Shown: positions 1 to 10,400 of the stretch, piece by piece | Layout: every line of letters begins with the position of its first letter | Numbering within the stretch: the stretch's first letter is position 1 | From: Candidatus Latescibacterota bacterium | GTDB lineage: Bacteria; Latescibacterota; UBA2968; GCA-2709665 | NCBI GenBank assembly: GCA_965219455.1 | Contig: OZ244744.1 | Coordinates: 2,912,001-2,976,000, forward strand | Length of the DNA stretch: 64,000 nt | Direction: 5' to 3' | Notes under the pieces: generated by a model | What the model saw: the letters and a program-made list of their open reading frames with translations, nothing else | Told to the model about the DNA's origin: nothing | Database searches by the model: none | Made by a program: the position numbers and the translations under genes

Positions 1-2
1 GG

Positions 3-59
3 GACGTGCATAACGATCAGGTTGTTTCACGCCACGCGTTGTTCCGCGTGATCGAGTGA
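3..59 (+). CDS. 3' end of a probable further GWxTD-family paralog (partial)
   Basis: Frame 3 reads DVHNDQVVSRHALFRVIE*, resembling the C-termini of the two downstream GWxTD proteins (DMKSGEMAQKKGSFILAQ, DVNSGDTAEKDVTFVIAP). Confidence 0.5.
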   Translation, partial: DVHNDQVVSRHALFRVIE

Positions 60-148
60 ACAGGGAGGCACCAGCGGGAAGCGCCACAAGCGGTTGTTGA
101 AAGAAGATCGATAGATTACACGGTTCGGAATAAGCCGGAGAACATACC

Positions 149-1237
149 ATGCCAGCCAAATCTGTGACTATGCTTTTTCTTGCCATAAGCTTCTGGGCCT
201 GCGGCGGAATTCCGCCTACACCCTCGGAACCGCCCGCCGACCTGAACGGTTTTGAATTTGCCGGAACCATGACCACGACCCGCTTTTTTCACACGTCTAC
301 GTTGCTGAAAGACGGGCGGGTGCTGATCACGGGCGGATATGAAACGGACCGCCCTGGGCATTCATCCGCGGAGTTCAGCCACGCTACGGCGGAGTTGTTC
401 GATCCGGCAATCGGAAACTCGACAGCCACGGGAAGCATGTCGCAAGGCCGCACACAGGACACGGCAGTCCTGCTGCAGGATGGTCGCGTCCTGGTAAAGG
501 GTACCCAACTCTATCCCCCGGAGATCTACGACCCACAATCCGAAAGGTTCGCAGTCCTGGCGGACGCGCCCGAATTGAGGAGGGGTGTGGCGCTCACGAT
601 TCTTTCGACAGGAGACATTTTTACGACCGATGCGCAGGGCAACACGGGCATTATCGATCCCGAAACCTGGAGATTCACGTCCACAGGCAAGATGATCACG
701 CCTCGATCCGCCCATACGGCCACCCTTCTTCGAGATGGCCGCGTTCTCATCGCTGGAGGATTCAATGAAGGCGGCCTGGTCAAAGGATCTGAAATCTACG
801 ACCCCTCGTCCAATTCCTTTACCGAAACCGGCGAATTAAACGACAAACGGTGGCAGCACGAGGCAATGCGTCTCCAGAACGGAAGGGTGTTAATCATCGG
901 CGGGCGCAAGGGCGATATCAACACGGAAGACGCACAGTACGTGGCGACGGCCGAAATGTTCGATCCCGCAACAGGCATGTTCTCGCCGACGGGCGACACG
1001 GGACTGACATCCATCCATACCGCTTTTCTGTTGTCCAGCGGAAAGGTGTTTCTTCTGTCTGGCCGAGACGTGGCGATTTACGATCCGGCCACAGGCGCCG
1101 CCGCACGAACGGGACACAGCATCGGTCAGAATCGACTTGCATATACCATTACGCCACTGAATGACGGCCGGATTATGTTTTTCGGCGGTCTAAAGGACCT
1201 GGTATCGACAGATGAAGTCTTGATCTATTCGCCTTAG
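149..1237 (+). CDS. Kelch-repeat beta-propeller lipoprotein
   Basis: Lipobox FWACGG, Pro-rich linker, repeated R..HTATLL.DGRVLI.GG...E.(Y/F)DP motifs. Confidence 0.9.
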   Translation: MPAKSVTMLFLAISFWACGGIPPTPSEPPADLNGFEFAGTMTTTRFFHTSTLLKDGRVLITGGYETDRPGHSSAEFSHATAELFDPAIGNSTATGSMSQGRTQDTAVLLQDGRVLVKGTQLYPPEIYDPQSERFAVLADAPELRRGVALTILSTGDIFTTDAQGNTGIIDPETWRFTSTGKMITPRSAHTATLLRDGRVLIAGGFNEGGLVKGSEIYDPSSNSFTETGELNDKRWQHEAMRLQNGRVLIIGGRKGDINTEDAQYVATAEMFDPATGMFSPTGDTGLTSIHTAFLLSSGKVFLLSGRDVAIYDPATGAAARTGHSIGQNRLAYTITPLNDGRIMFFGGLKDLVSTDEVLIYSP

Positions 1238-1276
1238 GATCGTTCGCCCCACGCGGTCGTTCGGAGGAAGCGGCAA

Positions 1277-1790
1277 GGCTGAGGATGTCTCCGCGCAAAA
1301 GTGTTACCGTGGGTTTCCGGCTTAAGGACAACCGAACAGACGGGAGATTCTTCGACTCCGCTCAGAATGACATGCTTTGCAATGACCATTGGCGAAATCT
1401 GTCTGCCAGGTATCGGCACAAACTGTCATCCTGAGGAGGCCGCCAGGCCGACGAAGGATCTACTGCGGCATTGGACCATCCCCGCGCGATTTGCGCGTGC
1501 GGATACCTGAGAGGCAGCACGTCCGCCCCTGCGTAGAACACAAGCGACGGGAGATTCTTCGGTTGCGCTCAGAATGACATGTTTTGCAATAGCCATAAGC
1601 GAAATGTTTCGGTCATACCTGCGCCAATACTGTCATCCTGAGGAGGCCGCCAGGCCGACGAAGGATCTACTGCGGCATCGGTTCACAATAGCGTGATCTG
1701 CACGTGACCCGAGCCGGACAGGCGGCACGTCTGCCTCCTGCACAACACAAGCCGCGAGAGATTCCTCGACCGCGCTCAGAATGACAGATT
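1277..1790. repeat. BIME/REP-like mosaic, family A (GGGAGATTCTTCGACTCCGCTCAGAATGACA alternating with TGTCATCCTGAGGAGGCC...GAAGGATCT)
   Basis: Five alternating-orientation units near 1342, 1424, 1549, 1631, 1757; same family at ~20798, 20881, 22381, 25125. Confidence 0.8.
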
Positions 1791-1954
1791 GGCCGAACAC
1801 GATCCGCAAAGCCATTGCACCGTCGCACAAAATCGCATATCTTGCTCAATCCGAAGGAGGTACGGTGAGACGACGGAATACGAGGGTACACGTCTTCCCG
1901 GCCTGGAACAACAATCGGCGTTCAATCGCTATTTGCCGGAAGAGGATTGACGAC

Positions 1955-4900
1955 ATGAGACCAGGTGGCGAATTTGCGCGTGTGAAACAACGGGCATTGA
2001 TTCTGTTTTTGGCCGCGACTATTTCCGCATTCTATCCACTCAAGGATCTCAATGCGGAAGTTCGTCAAACCACGATATCTAATTCCAGCGACGGCCATAC
2101 CGCGTGGGCTATCGGGTTGGAAACGGGTTCCTCTGCCATTACTGAAATCTGGGTCGAGACCGGGGGAAGCCCGCCTCGCCATCTCGGAACCTTTCCAGGG
2201 CGCCCCGGGCGGCTGGCGTGGGTTGCGCGCGGGGAACGACTTCGCTATCGGGATACCCCATTGAGAGTCCCGGTGCATTGTCTTACCATGGTGCCGAAGC
2301 GATCCGTACCGCTGGTTCTATCCACTGTCTGGGAAGTCTCGATCCGCGACGGATCCATCACACGATTGTCCGAAACCATCGACGTCGAACCGGGAACGCC
2401 GTCGGATACGGCGACCGGAGGCGCGCCGCGCCCGAGTCCGCCGGCCAAGGCGTTGCTGTGGAGCGTCGCGACCGCGTACAACGCATCGGCCCTGGCTTAC
2501 AACACCGTACACCGCTGGGAATTTCGATCGGCAGTGGACCGCTACCGTAAAGCCGCCCGGGCATGGGCGGCCCTGCCCGTGCGATTCAAAAAGCACGGGC
2601 TCTACGAGCAGCCGGTCCTGTCCTACGCAAGGTCCCTGGCCGCAACGGCCAGGAAAGCCGCAGCAACATCCGGCGCCCGCTGGGTCTGCCGGGACCATCT
2701 GACCGTTATCGGTGACGTCCTTCACGCCTATGAACGGGCCCATGAAAACCAGCGGCCGTCCGACCTGGATACACTCAAAAACTGGATTGAAACCCATACG
2801 CTGACGCCGGCGGACTCGATTGTCATGAAAACGTTGTTTCGCTCAGCGGTGGATCCTGAAAAAGGCCGCCGGTTCAGCTACGCGCACGGATACCGTCCGG
2901 AAGCCGAGGGCGGCGAAGCCGTTGTCACCAGCTATTTCCACGACGGTCACCTGGTTGAATCCGTCCGCAGCGGCGCGGGCTACCGTACCGTCGACCGGCG
3001 CGTGGGTAAGACGCAGATCGACTCCCTCCTCACCCTCGGTATTGAACTCACCCCGCTCGAGCCGCTCCGGGCAATCTCGACACTGGAAATCCTGGCCGGT
3101 GTCGCGCCGGATTACGCCCGCGGGCACAGCAGGCTGGGGTTCGCCTACCTGGAGGTCGGGAGGCTCGTCCGCGCCATTAAAGCCCTGGAACGCGCGATCG
3201 AATGCGACCACACACTGGCCGAGGCCTACTACGGCCTGGGTCTCACCTTCCGCAAATGGCCCAGAGGGTCGTACGACGCCATCCGCTACTTCCAGAAAGC
3301 CCTCCGGTACGACCGGAACCACGTGGAAGCCCGGTTCAATATTGCCGACATACGGTACAAACTGGATGAACACGACGTACGGCGGGAAATCAAAAAAGTG
3401 CTGGCAATAGACCCCCGCTACGCCCCCGCCTATCTGCTGATGGGGAAATGGGTCGAGGAATTCGAGAAAGACTACGAAAAAGCCGCGCTCTACTATGCTC
3501 AATATATGGGCTTGCGACCGGGAGATCCGGAAGGGCGGAAGCGGCTGGGATCGATTTACCTCAGAACGAAGGACTACGGCCGTATCCTGGAAGTATTGGA
3601 GGATTACGCCGTGCAGAATCCGGATGACGACCAAGTCTTGCCGATCCTCGCACAGGCCTGCATGAAACTGGAGGCTTACGACAGGGCGGCCGCCTTTTTC
3701 AGAGACTACCTCGAAGGGGCCGACAATGCCGAGAAGGCGCACTACCTCGATATCCGGCTGGTGGCGCCTCGGGAGACCCTGGCGGCCTTTGAACAGACCC
3801 CGCCGGAAGAGAGACTCGCGTTTGTGGAGAAGTTCTGGGCGGACCAGGACCCGGACCTGACCACCGCCGCCAACGAACGCCTTTTGGAGCATTATCGGCG
3901 CGTGTCGTACGCCACGCAGAATTTCTCGGAAGGCAGGCAGCCCTGGGACCAGCGGGGCGAAGTCTATATCCGGTTCGGCGAACCCGACCACCGGTCCACC
4001 TCGAAAGAGTTGAACTTTCAGCAGTCCCTCGCGGTTCAGCGGGTCAAGGAACGCCTTTCAAGGGCGCTCTACGGGGCCGCCCGCCCGCCGCGCCGCGGTA
4101 TCGGCCTGCGCGGCGCCAGCGCAACGTTCGTAGGTCCGGTCTACCCCGTGCGCAGCCTGCGCGGCAGGGGAAGAGGTGGGTCCTACAGACCGGTCACCGC
4201 GACGTACGACGGCTCGATGGTCCCGTGGGAGACGTGGACTTACGTCGACGTAGGCAGCGGCATCGAGATGACCTTCACGGATGAATTTCACAACGGCACG
4301 TTCAACTATGCGCCTGCGCCGCTGGATGCCCGTATTCCCGCCCGCCGGCTGGCTATGTTTACCCGCTACATGCCCGAAAACGTCTACGGCATGGCCGTGG
4401 CGGCGCAGCCGAACTACTATGTGCCGCCCAAAAACACGTTGCCAATGGAATTCTATTTCAACTCGGCCGATTTCAGGAGCGAAAGGGATTACGCAACGGC
4501 GCTGGAAGTCTACGTGGGGATACCGCGTCACCAGGGACACTATCTGAACGACGACGACCGGACGGAGATAAAGGTCGACAGGACCGTGGCACTGCGGAAT
4601 CCGACAACCGGAGCGGTCTACCGGAGCGAGGATAAGGTATATTTCGAGGCGAAAGGGGACGTGACCGGGGAACGGAGCGCGTTCGTGCCGGACCTCGCCC
4701 GCATGGACGTGCCCCCGGGGCTCTATCGGATGGAAGTTAAAATAAAGGATCATCTATCCGTACAGCAAGGGCGGTATCGGCAGGACGTTGAGATCGAGTC
4801 CTATGACCGGAAGAGCCTGCAGGTGAGCGACCTGGAACTGGCATGGCGAATTTCCAGGAGCAGGAACGAGGATAAGTTCAACAAAGGCAAGCTGTGGGTC

Positions 4901-5260
4901 ATACCGATGCCTACGCGCACCTACAGGGTAGGCCAGAATGTATTCGTCTATTACGAAATCTACAACCTGACACAGGACGAATTCGGGCATACGAACTACC
5001 AGGTATCCTATACCGTCACGTCAGATGACAAACCCGGCCCACTCGGTATCATCTCCAGCCTGATCCGGTGGAGGAGAGGGAAACAGGAAGAACTGGAAGT
5101 TACCTACGAACTGAAGGGCGTGGACACCCAGGAAGTGGAATACGTGGAACTCAAACTGGCGAACCGCCCTGCAGGCAAGTACGCCCTGAACGTAACCGTT
5201 ATCGATATGAAGAGCGGTGAAATGGCCCAGAAAAAGGGCAGTTTTATCCTCGCGCAGTAG
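1955..5260 (+). CDS. Secreted TPR + GWxTD-domain protein
   Basis: Signal-like N-terminus, TPR run (ARGHSRLGFAYL, AEAYYGLG), GWxTD core FW..DPD..T..NE...EHYRR...WDQRGEVYIRFGEPD, WETWTY; ATG 1955 after AGAGGA. Confidence 0.85.
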   Translation: MRPGGEFARVKQRALILFLAATISAFYPLKDLNAEVRQTTISNSSDGHTAWAIGLETGSSAITEIWVETGGSPPRHLGTFPGRPGRLAWVARGERLRYRDTPLRVPVHCLTMVPKRSVPLVLSTVWEVSIRDGSITRLSETIDVEPGTPSDTATGGAPRPSPPAKALLWSVATAYNASALAYNTVHRWEFRSAVDRYRKAARAWAALPVRFKKHGLYEQPVLSYARSLAATARKAAATSGARWVCRDHLTVIGDVLHAYERAHENQRPSDLDTLKNWIETHTLTPADSIVMKTLFRSAVDPEKGRRFSYAHGYRPEAEGGEAVVTSYFHDGHLVESVRSGAGYRTVDRRVGKTQIDSLLTLGIELTPLEPLRAISTLEILAGVAPDYARGHSRLGFAYLEVGRLVRAIKALERAIECDHTLAEAYYGLGLTFRKWPRGSYDAIRYFQKALRYDRNHVEARFNIADIRYKLDEHDVRREIKKVLAIDPRYAPAYLLMGKWVEEFEKDYEKAALYYAQYMGLRPGDPEGRKRLGSIYLRTKDYGRILEVLEDYAVQNPDDDQVLPILAQACMKLEAYDRAAAFFRDYLEGADNAEKAHYLDIRLVAPRETLAAFEQTPPEERLAFVEKFWADQDPDLTTAANERLLEHYRRVSYATQNFSEGRQPWDQRGEVYIRFGEPDHRSTSKELNFQQSLAVQRVKERLSRALYGAARPPRRGIGLRGASATFVGPVYPVRSLRGRGRGGSYRPVTATYDGSMVPWETWTYVDVGSGIEMTFTDEFHNGTFNYAPAPLDARIPARRLAMFTRYMPENVYGMAVAAQPNYYVPPKNTLPMEFYFNSADFRSERDYATALEVYVGIPRHQGHYLNDDDRTEIKVDRTVALRNPTTGAVYRSEDKVYFEAKGDVTGERSAFVPDLARMDVPPGLYRMEVKIKDHLSVQQGRYRQDVEIESYDRKSLQVSDLELAWRISRSRNEDKFNKGKLWVIPMPTRTYRVGQNVFVYYEIYNLTQDEFGHTNYQVSYTVTSDDKPGPLGIISSLIRWRRGKQEELEVTYELKGVDTQEVEYVELKLANRPAGKYALNVTVIDMKSGEMAQKKGSFILAQ

Positions 5261-5419
5261 GGTCTTGCCCTGAAGTCTTCCCGATGCCATCCTGGGTGCG
5301 GAGATCCGTCAATAAACGGATGACCCCGCGGCAAGAGATGGCGGCGATCCGGCTGGTGTCTGAGGGGAAATCCCGCTAACTGTCTGAACAACCAACAACT
5401 CTTTGCCGGACGAGAAGAT

Positions 5420-7390
5420 TTGGAACACAAAATTTACGCCTTTGGCATGGACGGCTTTATCGTCCCGATGATGAAGCGATTCGCCGCGGAAGGAGCCTTG
5501 CCTCACTTCGAGCGCCTGCTGCGCGAGGGTGCGGTCAACCAGACCCTGCCCTCTTTCCCGGTGTGGACCCCGACGAACTGGGCCACCCTTTCAACGGGGG
5601 CGCACACGGGCACGCACGGGGTGACGCGCTGGAGGGTGGAAGTCGCGCCGGGCCAGCGGATCGACAGTTTCGACGGGCGGGCCAACAATGCCGAGCGCAT
5701 ATGGAATGCGCTGGAGCGGGCGGGCATGCAGAGCGTAGCCGTACACTATCCGGCCGCCCATCCTTCCGGGGTGGAGACGGGCTTTGTCGTGGACGGCTTT
5801 GGCCACCCCGGACACCGCAGCACGGATTTTGAAGTGGCTACCTGCCAGGCCTATACCACGGACGCTGCGCTGGAGGAAGCCATCGAGATGGACCACGATG
5901 GCACGGCGGTGCGGCAAGCCCAGCGCAGCGTCGAGCCGATTCCGCCGCTGACACCGGCTCAGGATTGGCGGCACTTGCCCGGGAGCATGGCCCCGCCGCT
6001 GGAGAGTTGCCTTGAGGTGGTCGCCCGGTTGGGAGGGGATGTCTCCGCGTTCTACTTGCTGGTCGTGGACAGTGCCGGAAGAGGCTACGACCGGGTGCTG
6101 GTGTGCCGGGACCGGGACGGGGCCAGTTGCATCGCTGTTGCCGGCGTGGGGGAATGGAGCGAGTGGGCGGTGGAGGACTTTGCCATCGACGGGAACAAAC
6201 GCCCGGCATCGCTGCGTTTCAAGCTGATGGACCTGGCCGCGGACGGCAGCCGGCTCAAGCTCTACCGCACCCAGGTGACTTATACCGATGGCTTCACTCT
6301 GCCCGACGAGTTGGCCGGGGAACTGGTGGACCGCTTTGGTCCGTATCAGGAACACGCTTCCATGTTGCCGTATACCACAGGGATGGCCGATTTTGACACG
6401 GCCCTGGAAGAATGCGAGTACCAGGGGACGTGGTTTGCCGAGGTCGCCCGCTACATGCTGCGCGAGCGGGGCTGTTCCTTTTTTATCTGCCATTGGCATC
6501 TATACGATTACCTCAACCACATCCACTTCGGGGACGTGGATCCTGTATGCCCGGGGTACGACGCTGAGCGCGCCGAGCAGTACGTGGACTACTTTCGGCG
6601 GGCTTATCAGGTGGGGGACCGCATTTTGGGACGGCTGTGGGAGGACGCGGATGAGCATACGTACGTGGGCGTGGTGTCCGACCACGGGTGCTCGCCCGAC
6701 GTGCGGGTGGCCAATATCCGGCAATTTTTGCACGAGCAGGGCTTTCTGGCGCTCAAAGGCGGCGGGGAAGAGGCCTTGTTGCGAGATCAGGTGCGCGAGG
6801 AGGATATCGACTGGGAACGCACCCGGGCCTATCTCAAGGACGACAAGGGGTTCGACATTTTCATCAACGCCGAACCGGGACCGGAATTCGACCGGATTGA
6901 GGCCGAGTTGCTGTTGGCCCTGCGCACGTGGGTTGACCGGGAAGTGGGTCGCAATCCAGTGGCCGTAGCCCTGCCTCGGCGGGACGCGTACATCCTCGGA
7001 CAGTGGGGAGACCAATGCGGCGACGTGGTCTTTGCCTGGGACCACGGGTACGTGAGCGGGTACTACGGACAGTGGCGGGGCATTGCGGGCGGGGGTTGCG
7101 TTGGAGCGCCCAATGTGTTCGGGGCGCACCACGGGGGTTTTCTGCCGACCCAAAGTGAGGCCTCATCCAGCTTTGGTTCGTGGTTGCTGGCCGGGCCGGG
7201 CGTGAAGCGAGGCTACGAACGGCGGGTGGACAAACTGGGATACATCCACGCCGTCGACGTCGTGCCGACCTTCTGCCGGATCCTGGGGGCCGAGCCGCCT
7301 CGCCAGGCGCAGGGAACGGTGGCGCGGGATCTGTTTGAAGGGTACGAAATGGTGCGGGAGCGGACGTCCGTCCGTGGTGTTCGTTCGTAA
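5420..7390 (+). CDS. Alkaline phosphatase superfamily (nucleotide pyrophosphatase/phosphodiesterase-like) protein
   Basis: GMDG, P.WTPTNWATLSTGA..HG, VVSDHG, GAHHG, DVVPT motifs. Confidence 0.85.
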   Translation: MEHKIYAFGMDGFIVPMMKRFAAEGALPHFERLLREGAVNQTLPSFPVWTPTNWATLSTGAHTGTHGVTRWRVEVAPGQRIDSFDGRANNAERIWNALERAGMQSVAVHYPAAHPSGVETGFVVDGFGHPGHRSTDFEVATCQAYTTDAALEEAIEMDHDGTAVRQAQRSVEPIPPLTPAQDWRHLPGSMAPPLESCLEVVARLGGDVSAFYLLVVDSAGRGYDRVLVCRDRDGASCIAVAGVGEWSEWAVEDFAIDGNKRPASLRFKLMDLAADGSRLKLYRTQVTYTDGFTLPDELAGELVDRFGPYQEHASMLPYTTGMADFDTALEECEYQGTWFAEVARYMLRERGCSFFICHWHLYDYLNHIHFGDVDPVCPGYDAERAEQYVDYFRRAYQVGDRILGRLWEDADEHTYVGVVSDHGCSPDVRVANIRQFLHEQGFLALKGGGEEALLRDQVREEDIDWERTRAYLKDDKGFDIFINAEPGPEFDRIEAELLLALRTWVDREVGRNPVAVALPRRDAYILGQWGDQCGDVVFAWDHGYVSGYYGQWRGIAGGGCVGAPNVFGAHHGGFLPTQSEASSSFGSWLLAGPGVKRGYERRVDKLGYIHAVDVVPTFCRILGAEPPRQAQGTVARDLFEGYEMVRERTSVRGVRS

Positions 7391-7419
7391 TTCGAGTCAT
7401 TGACGACTCGGGAGATACT

Positions 7420-10400
7420 GTGATGCAGTGGATGAAAAACCTGCTCATAGGCGCATTCTGCTTGCTGACATTGCTGAGCATTGTCGTATCCGCGCGCGGG
7501 GAGTCGCTCACCGTGAGGTCGGCGAATGACGGGCATCCGGCCTATGTCGTCCGGCGTGGTGAAGGGGCGATTTCGTTGTCTGAGATATGGCTCGTCTCCG
7601 CGAAAGACGATAAACCCAGAAAGCTAAGGGCATATCCGGGCGCCCCGGGAACCCTCCATTTTGCGCCTGACGGGGAAGATTTAGTCTATCTCGAACGAAG
7701 CCTGCGACGGGAAGCGTGGGGGTCGTATTTCTACGGCGGACATTCCCTGCCGATTACGAACAACAAAATCTGGAAGTTGAGCCTGGACGGCGGCAGCGAG
7801 GAACAGTGGCCGCTTCCCGGGGATTTTCAGCCTCTCGAAATGTCACCCTCTCCGGATGGAAAGTCATTGGCGATTGTCGGGTACCGGGGAAGCGCTTTCG
7901 CCAAATCAGACCACGGTCTCTGGGTCGCGGGTGAGCGGGGCGGTATCAGGCTTCTTTTTGCCGGCAACGTCAACGGGCCGGTGGACTGGTCTGCTGATGG
8001 AAAGGTCGTTTTATACCGTATTGAGGATGGGCAGAGATCGATCCGAATTCACTCGGACACGGGGAAGACCGTCCAAACAGATCTGAAGCAAGACATGGCC
8101 ACGCACGGGAATCGAGATCGGCAGGCCACGTCGAAAGCCCTTTTCATGGCCGCGCTGCGGAACGCCGACGATGCAGATACAGCCCTGGGCCTGATCGGTA
8201 CCGGTCTGGACCTGTACATACGCGGCAGGAATGCGCTTCACAGAGGGAACGAAGCGAACGCGGATAAACTGTTTGAACAGGCCAGGCGCGCATTCAATAG
8301 ACTTTGTGATCAGGCCGCAAAGCATGGACTTTCAAGGAAGAGTTGCGCACGATATATCGAAGTTTGCGAAGACTGGATCGATGCAGACACCAGGATGACC
8401 GACAGACACAACTGCCGGGAGCGCTTGACCGGGATGCTCCGTTTGATACAGGAATTCAAGCGCGTCCGGAACGACGGCGAACCCGCGGATCTTCCCGATC
8501 TATATCAATGGACGGCAAAGAGAATCATTGAAGATACTCGAGATGGAAACGAACAAAAGGGCAGGATCGCAATCCTGGACGTACTTTTCTCCTGCCCGGC
8601 AAACTTGGATTACACGTTCCTCAGCGATTATCTGTACAGGCATGAAGGGTTGTCCGGCGCGCCGGCCCTGGTCTGTTTCTGGCACCGTGGAGAGCAGATA
8701 TATGGAGTCGCCGGTCGCGACGGCGATCACGCGGAAGTATCAAGCATACGCGCGGCGCAGGTAGACAGCCTGGCATCCAGTGGCCGCCGGGCGATGGAGG
8801 CTGATGAATTGGAACGGGCGCGCCTGATCTTCCGGAACGTTGCGCGTCAACGACCGAAGGAGCCCGATGCATATATCCACCTGGGTCACATTCTCCTGAA
8901 ATTGAAACGGTTCGAGGAATCGAAAGACGCGTTTCATCGAGCGCTGACCCTGGGCAGCAAGGCTTTGGCCCACCATGGCCTGGGCATGCTTTACACGACG
9001 TGGCCCATGCAGCGCCATTTCGCGATTCACCATTTCACGGAGGCGTTAGTCAAGGACCGGGACTTTGTGGATGCGCGATTTCAGATGGCCAGAGTGCGTT
9101 ATGCGATGAAACAGCGGGACGCGGAACTGGAACTGAAAAGGGTCCTGAAAATGGACCCGGGCCACGCGGGCGCCTATCTGCTGATTGCGGACTACTATCT
9201 GAATCTTTCGTGGGAATTCGAGAAGGCCGTCGTGTGGTATACGAGGTATCTCGCGCTTCGCCCGGAAGACGCGGAAGCTCAGCGGCGGCTGGGCGTTGCG
9301 TACCTGAAAGTGAGAGACTATTCGAAAATTATGGGCCACCTGTTGGACTTTGTCAAAAAGCACCCCGAAGCCATCGAATTGATGCCCATCGTCGCCATTT
9401 CCGCCATGGAACAGGACAATCCGGATATGGCGATGGCGTTCTTCGAGGATTACATCTCCAAACTCGCGCCCGATGTACGACGTTTGTACGTAGATATAAC
9501 GCTGGTCGCTTCCAGCGAGGAACTCAGGACCTATGGAGATGCCATGGGCCCGGATCGCGCGGCCGATCTGAAACGTTTCTGGAATCGGAAGGACCCGGAC
9601 CTGTCCACGCCCGTTAACGAGCGCCTGCTGGAACACTACAGGAGGGTCTGGCACGCGCTCACGGGGTTCTCGGAGGGCAGACAGCCGTGGGACGTGAGAG
9701 GAGACGTCTATATTCGATTCGGGGAACCCGATCACCGGTCCAGGTCGGACGAACCCAACTTCAAACAGAGCCTGAAAGTCCAGCGGGTCAAGGAACGCCT
9801 CGCGTACAGCATCTACAAGGGCGACGTCCGCGCGCACACGTTTATGGGGCCCGTGTATCCCGTACGCAGCCTCAAACAACTCGACGGCGCGTGGTACGAA
9901 CTGAAAGACATCGAAATTGGAAACGCCAACGCAACCGGGCCTGAAACTGGGGAGGCCGCAGGAGACGACCACGAGCATACAGGCGAGAGCTGTACTCAGT
10001 GTACGGATACTGCGCCGCCAGCGCGGATGGATACTGCGCGGATAGGGATTTTACCCCTGGACGAAAGCCTCGGATTCGGCGACTATCACCCGGTTACGTC
10101 AGGCGAAGATCTGAGTACCGTGCCCTGGGAGACGTGGATCTATGCCGATGCGGCTGGCGGGATCGAAATCACCTTTACGGACGAAATCGGTTCCGGCGCG
10201 TACGATTACGCCCCCATACCGCCGAACCAGGGCGACATTTCCATAGGCGAGACAGCCGCCTTAAGCCGGCACGCGCCCCATTCGGTCTACCGGCGAGCGG
10301 CGCGGGTTTCGCCGGATTTCTATACGCCGAGACATGAGGCGCCGCCTCTTGATTTCCACTATTCTCTGGCCGACTTCAGGGGCGAGGGCGACCGCAGCCT

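Noticed and set aside
1277-1790. CRISPR array
   Set aside because: Units alternate in orientation, spacers are partly homologous and no cas genes are present; fits BIME/REP organisation.
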